Source: Chrysomallon squamiferum
Taxonomy: Eukaryota > Animalia > Mollusca
DNA length: 64,000 bases
Direction of reading: 5' to 3'
NCBI GenBank assembly: GCA_012295275.1
Contig: CM022678.1
Location: forward strand, 4,340,001-4,404,000
Shown: one piece after another, positions 44,781-59,844 of the stretch
How the letters are laid out: every line of letters begins with the position of its first letter
How positions within the stretch are numbered: position 1 is the stretch's first letter
Position numbers and translations under genes: made by a program
Notes under the pieces: model-generated
The model's database searches: none
Told to the model about the DNA's origin: nothing
The model's input: the letters and a program-made list of their open reading frames with translations, nothing else

Positions 44781-46290
44781 TATTAATATTTGTTGAAAAA
44801 CGTTTAGTAAACATCTTGTACAAAATTCATAAAGAGAGTTAAAACACTAGTAATGAGACAGTAAGTCAGTATTAAATAAAAACTAAATAAAATCCCAGAA
44901 ACGACATAATTATTATTATTATTATTATTATTATTGTTGTTACTACTACTAGTAGTATTACTATTATAATTATTATATTATCTTTATTATTATTACTATT
45001 AGTAGTAGTAGTGTTACAGTAGTAGCAGTGGCAGTAGCAGCAATAATAGTAGCAATGACATCAGCGGGGTAGCAATAACAGTGGTAGTAGTAGCAGCAGC
45101 AACAACAACAACAGCACTGGCAGTAGTAATTGTAGTTCTTGCACCAGTAGTAAAGTAAACAGTACTAACAATAAAACAAATCCACCAAAAGACCCAGAAA
45201 TACCGTGAAAAGAGACGCACCACCTATTCACCTAAGAACGACCTCTCAAACGGCTTCCATTACCGTGACCCAGTTCTCTCCTCTTTCAGAGGAACTCGAA
45301 CGCGAAGATGTAATGTAATTATTGCGTCGGCAGACACCTCGGACACCTTTCGCGTATTTCTTTTGTTCCCGAGACGAAGAAACGTTTTGTGAAGTCCTCT
45401 CCAAAGTCGCGATGGATCAACGATAATTATTCCGAATGGCAAACATGTAATTTACGTAAATCCGCCGGCATCCGGCAAATCTGGTGAAAAGAGGTTAAGA
45501 TGATCGAGACGACCTATGATAATGAGCAATTCCGTACTTCCGAGTCCATCCGATCTATAAAGTGTTTGTTTGTTTTTTGTTTTTTAGTGGGGTTTTTTTC
45601 GTTTTTGTTTTTGTTTTTGTTTGTTCTTTTCTGTACTATTTGCGTAGAGACATAATATACTACTACTAATAATAATAATAATTTTCAAAAATTTATAAAA
45701 ATTAAAGATCGGCTCTCTTAGAAGAACCGATTCCTCATTTCCGAATTTATCCGAAGGACAGACGTCTTTTCCGAATACATCAACTTGAAACTGTTATACG
45801 AAAATTATCGATTCATTATTTCCGAATATATACGAAATGTAACGAAGAAAGACAAACAATAATGTTCGTAATCTTTTTGTTTGTCGTTTTCAAAAAACAA
45901 ATCGAACTGATCTAAATAATCCAAACCAAACAAATGTTGCTATCTTGTTTCTGCTTTGAAAATTCGATTAGAACCTTCTGCTGGGCTTTTGTTTTTTTCC
46001 TATTTTTTTTTTTTTTTTTTTTTTGTAATTTGAAACAAATTCTTTTCCCAATACAATTTACAAATGATAACGTTTCTAGCAAGGGAATCTTCATGTTACT
46101 AGCAATATGTTTGTTTTCGATAACGGCTTTGACTAATGGTTCGTGTGTTTAGGTTATTATCACAGCGAACTGGGTGTCTCAAATATGTTAACTTCTGTTA
46201 CCTGAAACTGGCTGATCACATTACTAGACCAGTTTTTTTTCGTTTTTTGTGTAATAATCGTTTTCATCTTCATTTTGCTGTAGACCTTTT

Positions 46291-46324
<34 letters not shown>

Positions 46325-46502
46325 TTTTTTGTGTTTAATGCAACATATTCAAAACGCTCTTCTGTGTATGTATGTATGTATGTGTGTGTCTGTTTGTGTG
46401 TGTTTGTCCTTCTGTCTCTGTATGTATGAGTCTATCTAACCGTTTATGTATGTATAATGTGTATCTGTATGTATGTGTTTGTGTTTAATTTAAAAGACGT
46501 AG

Positions 46503-46577
<75 letters not shown>

Positions 46578-47314
46578 CAGTCGTACAGAAGACATACAAA
46601 GAGAGAGACAGAGATAAATGATATAGACAAGCAGACAGAGGTCGACTGATAGAGAAAAAGATAACTGGACAGACAGATAGACAGATTGATGTATGGATAA
46701 GTGAGAGAGAGAGAGAGAGAGAGCGCTAAAGAACGAGCCCCGATAATTTTACGGTATAAGATATAATGATATGTTCACTCCAAGATACAAATTTTCATTA
46801 TGAAAACACTTCACCAGCCAGTACCAAGACTATCACATAACCGACAAATTACCCAGGCACGAAACCTCAGACTTTCATATCTCATTTTGTTCAGCTAACA
46901 CAGCGAGAATCCAGTTTAATCTACAATCGTACGCGAGTTTTTCTATTTCACAGGGCCTGTAAAAACGCTACACCGCTAAAGATCGTTAACAAGTCGACTT
47001 CGTTCTTGAAGCGATAAGCAAACAGGCCGCCGAATTAAGTCGACATTTCTGTGACTGAGTGCGAGAGAAACAAAAGAGAAAAATAATCAGTCAGTGGTTT
47101 AGTAGTAGAAAAAAACTAAACAAAACAAAACAAAAAAGAGGAACGCCACGGAGGGTTTTGAAGATGACGTTGAATTTTGTTATGAGATGACGTTGCGGTG
47201 TCGAGGATATACGCCACTGACGAGGGGATACGCCACTGACGGGAATGTCATTACCCGTTTACAATGTAGTAGGAATAATGGAGACCAATACAGAAAATGT
47301 TTAAGTCAGGCGGC

Positions 47315-47424
<110 letters not shown>

Positions 47425-47485
47425 ACACACACAGAGAGATACAGAAATATGCTATTATTATTATTGTTGTTGTTGTTGTTACAGA

Positions 47486-47530
<45 letters not shown>

Positions 47531-47647
47531 GTTGTTGTTGTTGTTGTTGTTGTTGTTTCATGTGGAGAATTTTTTTAAATTTTAATTTGCTAGATAATGT
47601 TTGATAGTGTTTCATTTAGAGAGAGAGAGACACATATGTAGAAACAT

Positions 47648-47720
<73 letters not shown>

Positions 47721-48647
47721 TCTCGTTATACAAGAACAAAAACGAAGGGTCTGATACAGGAGCCTTGATCTTGTTTGGTACTGACACTCATCAACGTCTC
47801 TCAGATGCAGTTTGTAACTGAGGGAACATGGAGGTCAGAGAGTTTCCCGCAGAGGGAATACTGTCTGTTGGCGAATTTCGAGACTGCAGATTTCAGAAGC
47901 AAGTGAATATTAGACACTGCTTTCAGTCAAGAACTTAATAACAGCTCTGTCTTCGTATACAAAAGAATTATGTTGTGAAAGGACAGAAGAGAATTTTTTT
48001 TTTTACTTTCTTCTGCATCATACTTACAGTATTGTTGTCAGCAACATAGAGATTGTGAGATAGATTTTTTTCCAGAAGAAACCAATATCTTGCCAATGGC
48101 CTTCTGACACAGGATTTAATGAAAATGGTTCTTAAACGATTTCCGAAATAATTCTGACTCTTCTTTCTTGTTCTGTCACAGACGAGTGAGCCTTTAAATA
48201 AGTTATGTTCAGAGATGAACCAAAAATCATCGTCCTATTCGACAAATCGAAGGAGCAAAATGTGTGTTTACGTGCGATTAATCAACCTCATTAATAACGA
48301 ACATGTCAACGCCAGAATCTCATCAGCAGTTTGAGATAAAAAAAAAAAAAAAGATTTCATAAATGAGTAAACCGATGAAAGAAAGAACATTTGACGAGAG
48401 GAAGATCGCAATTTCATGGTGTTCATGAACTCGTTTAGTTAATTATAGACACATTTAATTAAATCATGGATCACTTCAAGAAATGTACAAGCCGCCAAAA
48501 CTGCGTAGAAATGATCTGCGCTGTAGTCGTAAACAGTGTACGTTTTGAAATGCCAGCTGTTGACGATGAAGGGATTATAAGTGATAGCATTTGAAATCGT
48601 TTCTCTCCTGAAGAACTGAAAAGACAGACACCTAGTCACAGAGACAT

Positions 48648-48848
<201 letters not shown>

Positions 48849-49069
48849 CACACACACCTACGTAAATAATTTAATGAAAATTAGTATTTTGCCGGTGTAC
48901 ACCGCTGATTCTAGGAGATTAAATGAAAATGAAAATCACGAGGATGTCAGCAGTCCGAACTGATCAACAACAACGTTTCATTCGTTTTGGTTTATTTGCC
49001 GTGACTGCCGATGTGAAAACCCTCTCATGTGTCATATGTCGTTAATAATGTAAATAACATGGGAGTTTG

Positions 49070-49103
<34 letters not shown>

Positions 49104-49210
49104 TCTCTGTGTCTATGTGTGTATGTCTCTCTCTGTGTCTATGTGTGTATGTCTCTCTCTGTGTCTGTGTGTGTTAGGTATGAATATACTCTGTCTTGTG
49201 TACCTCTTTG

Positions 49211-49345
49211 TAGAACTGCACATAGGCAATATTCGGGAACGCCCTGGTATTGAAAGACAAGTTGTATCACGACCTCACAAACTCCGTCAGATGCCGCTGA
49301 CGAGACTCGAACGTACGGCACATATTTTCAGCCCACACTCCGTAG
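49211..49345 (-). mobile_element. SINE-like element, 5'-truncated copy
   Basis: atcacgacctcacaaactccgtcagatgccgctgacgagactcgaacg matches the reverse complement of 21143-21190. Confidence 0.8.
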
Positions 49346-49354
49346 ACAGTCTCT

Positions 49355-49787
49355 ATATGTGTATGTGTGTACGTATGTATTTATTTATGTATGTATGTAT
49401 GTATGTATGTGTGTGTGTGTATATGTATATATGTATGTGTGAGTATGTATGTACGTATGTGTGTATGTATATGTGTGTATGTATGTTTGTCTGTATGTAC
49501 GTATTTATATATGTCTGTACGTATTTATATATGTATGTATGTATGTATGTGTGTGTGTATATGTATGTATGTACGAACGTGTGTATGTATGTATGTGTGT
49601 ATGTATGTCTGTATGTGTGTACGTATGTATTTATATGTGTGTGTATGTATGTATGTATGTATGTATGTATGTATGTATGTATGTATATATGTATGTATGT
49701 ACGAATGTATGTATGTATGTATGTGTGTATGTATGTCTGTATGTGTGTACGTATGTATTTATATATGTGTGTATGTATGTGTGTATG
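49355..49787. repeat. Complex (TATG/TG)n low-complexity tract
   Basis: Direct reading, with recurring gtacgtatgtatttatat subunits. Confidence 0.9.
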
Positions 49788-50455
49788 ATGGACAGATGGA
49801 ATGGATGCATCTATGTATGTATTCTTGTAACATTTTTCGCGTTTTAACACAACACACAAAATTGGCTGAAGTCTGGAACCCTGTAGATTACTTGAATCAA
49901 CTAATTAATCTGATTAATGAACTGAGTCGCGCTGATGGAATACTGATCTCCTACACAATCAAAATCTCCATTCTTAACGACCTCGCTCTGAGAAACGCGG
50001 CGATGTAGCATTTGTGGCAGTCCTCCCTCCCGCGATAACCACATAACAAGGCGAAGCAGCTGAATGAAAATCCATAATGTCGTTAGGAAGACATTGAAAC
50101 AACAAAGCCCTTGACCACAACTGGACACAAAGGTTTTGGACGCGATTTAATTACTGGACGAAGATGTAGAAATTCACTTATGCTTGACCAGTTGTCCAAT
50201 GAAGACGATTCTAGTGCTGCTATCGGTATCGTTTATGGTCATTGTTCTTAGGTTTATCAAATGGGAGGACTGCCACTTCACTCGATTAATATATATGAAG
50301 ACGGCCGATGTTAATATGATGACGGTGATGATCATTTGATGATGAGTTGATAGCAATGATGATGATGATGATGATGATAATAATGAAAATAATAATTTGT
50401 TTGTGTCCTTGATGTTTTTTCTCTTGTTTTATTACTGTCTGTCTATATCTATCTA

Positions 50456-50547
<92 letters not shown>

Positions 50548-50906
50548 TTTGCTTTTATTTTATTCCTTTATGTTATTTTTTATTTTTTTCTTTTTCTTTT
50601 TTTTAAACTGGGCAAATTTTTTATCTTGTCTTTGCTTCTTTGATTTTTCATTTATCTTCCTTGTTTTTTCATATTTTTTTACAGTCTTATTAGCTAATTA
50701 CTGAATTATATTATCATCGTCAAAATATCTTTTCTTGCACATCAAATATGTCTGAATTTCTATAACGACGTTCACATTAGGTAATTCCTTCCGAGCAAAA
50801 AAACAGATAGAATTCCAAGAGGAATAGCATTTTATTTCCACAAAGATTTATCTGATATTCGTGTATCTTGTCAAAACTAATTCAGAAATCTGGACGTGAT
50901 TTCTTT

Positions 50907-50943
<37 letters not shown>

Positions 50944-51047
50944 TCTGAAAATATTTTCTAACATTAGTATGTTACCCATTCCCAAAAATGATGTATGAAG
51001 TCTACTATACGTTTTAGTAATCTGCTTGTGCGAATTTCTTTTTGTTA

Positions 51048-51091
<44 letters not shown>

Positions 51092-51105
51092 TACTACTAC
51101 TACTG

Positions 51106-51145
<40 letters not shown>

Positions 51146-51344
51146 AACTATTGCTATTATTATTATTGTTGTAGTTGTTGTTATTATTATTACTATTATT
51201 ATCAATTGTTCTTATTACTATTATTATTATTATTATTATTACTATTATTATTATTATTATCATCATCATCATCATCATCATCATCACCATTATTCCTTTA
51301 TTTATCTATTTCGTTTTTTATTCTTTTTTTATTTTGTGTGTGTG

Positions 51345-51416
<72 letters not shown>

Positions 51417-51769
51417 TTTTGTATTTCCGATATTGGAATTTTTATCATCATGTTCTCTTTCATGATGGTCTGCAAGGCTGTTGCTGACTGACTGAAACTC
51501 AAATCGATATATGAAACTGCTAAATGTATGGCTGCGTGCACGATACATTTCAAACTAATTTCCCAGTCGACAACCAAATCAAATGTTACATCGAGTTATA
51601 GCTTCCTTTTGAGTTCTGTATAACAATTAGTTTTGTTTCATTTTTGTTTTACGTTTTCTGTTTTATGAATAACTAAATATCAGAAAATGTTAAATAAAAA
51701 AAAGAAAGAAAGAAAAATATTTATAAAAAAAAAAAAAATTATTAACAAAAACATTAATAATAATATATC

Positions 51770-51831
<62 letters not shown>

Positions 51832-51922
51832 CAATAACAGTGACAGTAACAATGACAATAATACTAATAATAACATAACAATAATAATAATTATAACAAA
51901 AACAACAACAAACAACAACAAT

Positions 51923-51976
<54 letters not shown>

Positions 51977-52533
51977 CAACAACACCACCACCAACAATAA
52001 TAATAATAATAAAATTCTTGTTCGAAATCTGATCCCTAATGTAATATATATATTTTTAAAATCATTTATTTTACAACAACACAGTTAATCGATGGTGTAA
52101 TTTCATTCCTACACGTTAATGTATCAAATTTACTTACGAATTATTCACAAGGTTTCCAATTTGTGCTCTCTCTTGGTTCGTTTCGTTTTCCTTTTCTTTT
52201 TTTCTTTTTTTCTTTTTTTATTCCCTCTCTGGAGCTTTTGAAAATAAAAACGACCCTAGCGGATGAAAGGATCAGGTTAATTGAAAAATCAACAAAAAAA
52301 AAAAAACGAAACAGGAGTTGTGATTTAAAAAATAAAAAAAAAAAAATGTAATAATAATAATAATTATACACAAATTTTTATTTGTATTATTACTTTTTTT
52401 TTAATGAAGGCTGTGACAATGGCTCTCATGTAATCTAAAGATTATAAACCACATAAGCTAATGATGTGTTTTGCTTTGTGAAGATTTCCAATTTTTATAT
52501 TTATTTTTAAATTACTACTACTACTACTACGAC

Positions 52534-52606
<73 letters not shown>

Positions 52607-52635
52607 TTAATCATTATTATTATTATTATCATCAG

Positions 52636-53002
52636 TTCTACTAGATCAAACAAGAAGTATATCAAACTGTCTGTATCGTTTACCAGTATCACTTTTCTAA
52701 TTACATTTTTTTTATTATCAACATAAGATGATTACATTACTTATTTTTGTCCATTCTTCAAAGATTTATTTATTTAATAATGGCTTAAATTTCCACCTAC
52801 TTTAATTAACAGTTTGTTGTATCAACCAGCTTTTAATTTTTATAGAAATGATTGTCTTAGCTTTGATCGTTTCGCCAAGAGAAGAGTGCATTAAAGCCGT
52901 ACCGGTTTGTTTACACAAATAGTTACTGCAACGTTACAAGAAAGGGAAATTTCGTTTCATTTGACAAGCTAATTCTGACCTCAGGCATTTCATAATAACT
53001 TC
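52636..53002 (-). repeat. Left arm of a ~370-bp inverted duplication (partner 55610-55975)
   Basis: The reverse complement gaagttattatgaaatgcctgaggtcagaattagcttgtcaaat...ctttaatgcactcttctcttggcgaaacgatcaaagcta... matches 55610 onward. Confidence 0.92.
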
Positions 53003-53734
53003 GTTGTCATTAATTCTACTGTTATTACTGTTATAAACATCATCGTTGTTGTCTTTATCAAGAGATAATGATCATTATTATTATAATCGTTTTCCTCGTT
53101 GTTGTTGTTGTTGTTGTTGTTGTTAGCATCGTCATCATGAGTTCCATCATTATCATTATGAACACTGTAATAATCAATATCACTGTTGTTTTTTCTTGTT
53201 CTTGTTATCATCATGATTATCATTTTCATCATTATCATCACCTTCATCATTATCCTTATCAATACTGCAATGATCATTACCATCATGGTCCATATTCATC
53301 TCATTCATCTTATTATCTCATCATCATCATCATCATCATAATCATCATCGTTATCATGATTGTACATACCAAAATTCCTGCATTAAACATTTATCTATTT
53401 ATAACTTACATTCATTGAAGATGAAAGCACGCCTGTAGTGTGCCTATATCTTATAGAAGTCTTCATTGACTGTTGCAGAAAATATTAGCTTTAATATGTT
53501 AGAAATATCAGCGACAGAGAACAAAAAATATGATGGTAACATTACACATCCAAAAACATACGTGATTACGATCCGGTAACTGGATTCGATCGTACTACGT
53601 AGAGACCTAATACAAGATGGTTTAACCACATATGAAGCTTCTTGGAATAATTTTACGTTATTGTTTAATACAGCAGTTAAGTTAATCGTGTTAGCATTTG
53701 GATTGTTTTCACATGTGCAATGGTTTATTGTGTG

Positions 53735-53900
53735 GCAGGTGAAAATTTAAAGCATGACTGAATAAATAAACCCTGAAGAACGGACAAAAATAACTGAAAT
53801 AATCTTCTTACATTGATGAGGTAATAAAACTAAAATCAGAAAAGTCATAATGGCAAATGACAGGCAATTTGACATACTCAGTGTTTGATCTAGTAGAAAT
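53735..53900 (+). repeat. Third, partial copy of the same element
   Basis: gcaggtgaaaattt...gaagaacggacaaaaataa...atggcaaatgacaggcaatttga...tttgatctagtagaa aligns to both other copies. Confidence 0.85.
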
Positions 53901-54038
53901 AATAATAATAATTTATATTAATAACAACAATGATGACTATGATGACGATGACGATAGCAACAATAATAAGGAGAATGAACATTATCATGATCATCATCTT
54001 GATCAATCATCTTGATGACAATGACAACTACCATGGTA

Positions 54039-54110
<72 letters not shown>

Positions 54111-54649
54111 TGTACTAGGACTAAAACTATATGAATCCCGCTATCTCGATGGGTATCAGCTAGTACAAAATTCGTTGATCTATTCACGTGACATGCCATT
54201 TATCTTTGTGGATATTCGAATCCAAATATATCAGTCTAGTGGGCTCATGGAAATTTCAGTCCTTTGACGTCTAATATTGTAATGATGTAATACACATACA
54301 CACACATGCATACACATATGGGTATGTTTAGAAAGAGAGAGCGTTCGTCTGTGTGTCACAGTGAGACAGGGAAAGAAATAGAGGCACAAAACAGAGAATG
54401 AGGATAAAGAAACAAATAAATAAATGCTGAACGTAGCTTGTCAGTCCTACTGAAGCGTATTGTGGCTGTCAACGAATCCGAGGGTTGCGGTCACATTTTA
54501 CTTCTCAACCTTGGCGATAATCGGTAAACTCAAAATAGAATTTAAATACTTATAAGTACAGTGCATGATTCACTGTCATTTAAATTTCGTGACCTGCATC
54601 AAATTTAAAAAATAATCGTTCAGCCAAAATTATTTTTAAAATGGCGCTA

Positions 54650-54685
<36 letters not shown>

Positions 54686-55202
54686 TTTCAGCTGTTGCTT
54701 CAAACATTACCACCGTGAACTATTTATAAATCCAAACACACTGCCAAACCAGTACAGACAGCTGTCATTATACAGCGTAGTTCTTATTAACAATTTATAG
54801 TTTTAATTAATGTCGTTCCGGCCATGACAAATGTTCTGTGCGAAATCCTCCCATCATGTCTTGGAGCACCGCAATGGTGGAACTCTACTAATATAACACC
54901 ATTAGAAGAAGCGAGCCGCTTTGATTGCTGTTAAAAACAGAAAATTAGTTCTGTCAGATTTTGCGCCAATTTCTCCAGTAATTGGCACCGCGGTGGAAGA
55001 CTGCTGCCTGCAATAAAAAGAGAAAAATAAAAAAAAACATGACTGGAATACGATTATGAAACAATCTCTCGTGCTGTTTGTCCAGGCTAATAAATAAAAC
55101 ACACAGGAGATGTTTGTGTGTAGACTGAATTTACATTTTGTTGAACAGTGTTGGAGACATCGACTTCGTTTCAGATTTATGTCCAGCGTCTTGGGGGACA
55201 TT

Positions 55203-55453
55203 TGTTTTTATTTTTATTTTATTTTATTTTATTTTATTTTATTTTATTTTATTTTATTTATTTATTTTATTTTATTTTATTTTTTTTTTTTTTTTTTTTT
55301 TTATTTTTTTTTTTTTTATTTTATTTTATTTTATTTTTTTTTTTTATTTTTTTTTTTTTTTTTTTTTTATTTTATTTTATTTTATTTTATTTTTTTATTT
55401 TATTTTATTTTTTTTTTTTTTTTTTTTTTTTATTTATTTTTTAATTTTTTTTT

Positions 55454-55498
<45 letters not shown>

Positions 55499-55500
55499 TT
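55203..55500. repeat. ~300-bp poly-T/(ATTTT)n tract
   Basis: Direct reading. Confidence 0.95.
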
Positions 55501-55609
55501 AGTATTAGTATTACTATTTATTTATTTATTTATTTATTTATTATCATCATCATCATCATCATCATTTCGGGTCTTCGACTTTTTTTCTCCTTCCTACTCT
55601 TCAAATGTG

Positions 55610-55973
55610 GAAGTTATTATGAAATGCCTGAGGTCGGAATTAGCTTGTCAAATCAACCGAAATTTCCCTTTCTTGTTTTCGTTGCAGACACAGTTTTTGT
55701 AAATAAGCCTCTACGACTTTAATGCACTCTTCTCTAGGCGAAATGATCAAAGCTAAAACGCGGACTCTAAGACAATTATTTATATCAAGAAATGAAAAGA
55801 TGATTGATATAACAAACTGTTAATTAAAGCAGGTGAAAATGTAAGCCATTACTAAATAAATAAACCTTTGAAGAATGGACAAGAATAATCATCTTGTATT
55901 GATGAAGTAATAAAAATGTAATTAGAAAGGTGAAGATGGCAAATGACAGGCAATTTGAGTTTAATGAAGTAGA

Positions 55974-55975
<2 letters not shown>
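55610..55975 (+). repeat. Right arm of the ~370-bp inverted duplication
   Basis: See 52636-53002. Confidence 0.92.
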
Positions 55976-56032
<57 letters not shown>

Positions 56033-56527
56033 CGATAATAATGATAACAACAATAAGAAGATGAAGACGAATGAAGATGATGATCGCGTTGTTGAAGACA
56101 ACGACTACTACAGCGTAATCGATAAAGCTAAAAATATACAAAGTGATTTTATTTGACCTATTTGTCTTTGTAATGAAGAGGAAATTAAAAAATGAATGTC
56201 TTAGATTTAAACTACAAATTAGCCTTGTTAAAGGCTGATAATAATACCACAATGCAATGATGATTAAGGTGATGGTTTTGATAATGATGATGATGATAAT
56301 TATAAATTAATTAATTAATTAAAATAAAATAAAATAAAGGAAGACAATACCGATATTGATGATGTTATGATGCTAATAAGAATGATGAATAAATATATAG
56401 GAAGATGATTATTGTGATGATGATGACGACCATAATGATGATAACGGTGATGATGATGTTAAGAGAATTTAAATATTTTGTCAATAGAATTCCTGGCTGT
56501 TTGTTCCATCGCACCTCTTTGTGAAAA

Positions 56528-56558
<31 letters not shown>

Positions 56559-56842
56559 ACAAACAGTAAGAACAGTAATAATAATAATACGTTACGACTG
56601 CCAAAAGCTTAAGCCCTGTCTTATTAAGTTTAATGCGAAAAGCGACCGTTATCAACAGAGGGATTAAGTGATTTCCTTGAACGCCAGTGTTTATTAATCT
56701 CTGAAACAGTTATACCACGTCAAGCGGGTTTATCGTCCTTGGAGAATGACTTGACTTTGTCCACGTTTGGATAAACCAGCAAACGGTCATTGAAATACTC
56801 GTTTTGTTATCACACAGAGCTTATTTAGAAGAAAAGAACAGA

Positions 56843-56949
<107 letters not shown>

Positions 56950-57489
56950 TAAATTACGTAAAAAGATGGCTTCTTAGAACATTTCTTTTCCACAATAATA
57001 CCCATCATTGCTACTACTTCTACTACTAATACTGTTACAAATATTACTAATGCAAATACTACTAATATTACTAATACTACTAATCATACTTGATACCTAA
57101 TAATTTAATGATGCCTAATAATTATTAATATTAAAATAATTTTAAATTTATAAAAATAACTGTAAGAAAGCAAAAGGAATTCATCATTATTTTGTAAACC
57201 AATACAGACGGACGTAAAAAAGCTTTTAATACCTTGTAAAAAAAAGTTAAATAATAATTGTTAGAATGTAATCATATCGTGAAAATCTATAAGAAACAGG
57301 ACGAAAATAACTGATGCCAGTATAAAACATCATCGAACGACGTAATAAAAATTCAAGCAGCTAGCGATACCTACAAGACAACAACGACAACAGCGGCAAA
57401 TGATACTAAAGCAAATCCAAAGACATCATCAATCAACAACTATATAAGACCAGCATTGGACGACAACGATGTAAAAACAACAGATGAAG

Positions 57490-57965
57490 ACCCTTGTGTA
57501 ACTGCAACAATCAATAAAAAAACAAACAAATATACTGAAATAATCAAAGACAGTTAGGACAAACGATAACTTCATAAAAGAAGCATACAACGACACCAGT
57601 ATAACATGAAAATAAACAACGACATCAATATAACATGAACATGAACAACGACGCCAATGTAACATCAAGAGACAACGACATCAATATATCATCAACAATT
57701 AACGATGCAAATATACAGAAACAAAGCAGCGACAGTTACAATCAACGATATTTTTATAAAAAAACAAAACAAAAGACAACGTCATCAACATAACGTGAAA
57801 ATAAAAACGACGTCAATATAGCAGCAAGAAGCAACGACATCAATATCACAGTACCACTTAACGACACAATGCACTGAAATAAGCATCGACAATTACGACA
57901 AAGAGTAACTCAATAAAATCAACAGACAACGACATCAATATAGCATGAACGTGCAACAACAGTGA
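57490..57965. repeat. Degenerate A-rich tandem repeat: ~27-bp CAACGACATCAATATA subunits nested in ~160-180-bp units (about 3 copies)
   Basis: caaatatactgaaataatcaaagacagtta (~57527), caaatatacagaaacaaagcagcgacagtta (~57708) and caatgcactgaaataagcatcgacaatta (~57867). Confidence 0.7.
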
Positions 57966-58298
57966 CGCGCAATAATATTCACATTAGACCAACAACGAGT
58001 CACTGTAATACTAATTCAGAAGGTAACGTCAGCAATGCAGCAGCAGCAGTAGCAGCTACGACGCTGGTAGTGGTCTTCGTGACCCTTTTCAAGGTCGCGA
58101 ACTCATGTTAACTTTACCTAGTGCTTTTAACAGCTGTCGTGTTATTGGCTAGGAGCTCATAAAAATAAACTGACCGCCAACACAGTCTTAGTGCCAAATT
58201 CATCAGTTTAATACAACTTAGCAAAATAAGTTACCTTGCCAATATCAGCACGCCAGACACATAAACCGTGCACTGAAAGTTAGAAGAAATAAAGAAAG

Positions 58299-58331
<33 letters not shown>

Positions 58332-59081
58332 AGGAAGAATACTTACGGCGACTGGCAAAAAGATTTTCGTTCAAAAAACTTAAATTAAAGGTGTCAGGGT
58401 AATTTTGATTGGAATTGACGTGTGCTGGGTTAGATGAGAAAAACAAAATATAATAATAATAAATGTGCAGAACAAAAATACCTCTGAGAAATTTAACTTA
58501 TTCTTACGTGTAATTAGGATCGTGTAAACAGCCAAGAAATGTTTTTATTTGTGAAGACTATCTAGAGAAACGAAAATATTAACGGATACATTTGTGTTTG
58601 AATAGACTGTTTTTATACGTATTTATCTACGTATGTTTGTATCATCTCTCGGTTTATGTGCGCGCGCATACATTCATACACACATTTAGACACACAGACA
58701 CAGTCACAGTCATATGCATGTACATTCGTAAATAGATATGTACTTAGGCGAATATGTAGATGTATACACACACACACACACACACATATATATTTATGTA
58801 TGTATGTGTGTATGTATGTGTGTGTCTGTGTATATGTATGTGTGTCTGTGTGTATGTATGTGTGTATGTGTGTGTATGTATGTATGTATGTATGTACATC
58901 TACATATTCGCCAACACTCTTAGTCTATCTAGAAAACCTTTAAAAAGTTGCTCAATAACCAAGGATAACCACTGCACGTTGTTCTTTGTCTTTTCGTAAT
59001 TTCTGCGAGCATCTGTTTTTGCTGAAAACCTGGCACTGGCAAGTGTCTATTTCAGGACTGAATGTTCTCTGTGTTATGTAC

Positions 59082-59200
59082 GTCTGATTAGACTCTGCAC
59101 AAACAGACAATGTACTGACGCAGGAGGACGAAGTGCAATCACGATCTTACAAATGTCGCTGACGAGACTCGAACTTAAGCCACCATTCGCCCGTACTCCG
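59082..59200 (-). mobile_element. SINE-like element, 5'-truncated and internally deleted copy
   Basis: gtctgattagactctg...gcaggaggacgaagtgcaatcacga...gctgacgagactcgaac matches the reverse complement of 21120-21255. Confidence 0.78.
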
Positions 59201-59706
59201 CAGATTATAATTAGCATCTATTTATTTGCATTGCTTTATTCTATTCTATTCTATTCTATTCTATCCTATCCTATCCAATCTTATCTTGTTTTATCTTATC
59301 TTATTCTATTATATATATATATATATATCAAAACAAATTCAAATACACTGCTTGACTTTTTAACAGCGTAACGAAATTGCAATGCTCTGTCTACAATATT
59401 TCTATCAACACACAGAACATTCAGCTCATTTTGATCTGCAATGAAAACGACAACAACTAAATTTGATAAATAACTTTGATATTCAGTCCCGTGGGTCGTG
59501 CAAAAGGGATTCCATCCATTTTGTTAATGGGACAGTTTAAAAAAGTGTCTCTGTGTAATTGATTCCTGGAAGAATTCTAGCAAAAACTGAAATGATAATA
59601 TGATTTAATATAGACGAGTCAATGATTTGTTTGGATTGTCTGTTTATTAGCGGGTTTTTTTTCTTTTCTTTTTTTCTCTTTGTTAGCGTTATATGTGCGT
59701 GTGTGT

Positions 59707-59741
<35 letters not shown>

Positions 59742-59804
59742 AGTCGTAGCAGTAGCGTTAGTAGTATTACTACTGATACTACTATTTACTACTACTACTA
59801 CTAC

Positions 59805-59844
<40 letters not shown>

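Noticed and set aside
48439-48608. Minus-strand open frame after a possible acceptor (RETISNAITYNPFIVNSWHF...)
   Set aside because: No homology recognised and no upstream exon supportable.
49878-49888. miR-10-like sequence ACCCTGTAGAT
   Set aside because: Only 11 nt match, the rest diverges, and I see no precursor hairpin.
50014-50276. MITE bounded by the 14-bp inverted repeat GTGGCAGTCCTCCC
   Set aside because: No convincing target-site duplication, and the same motif occurs unpaired four more times.
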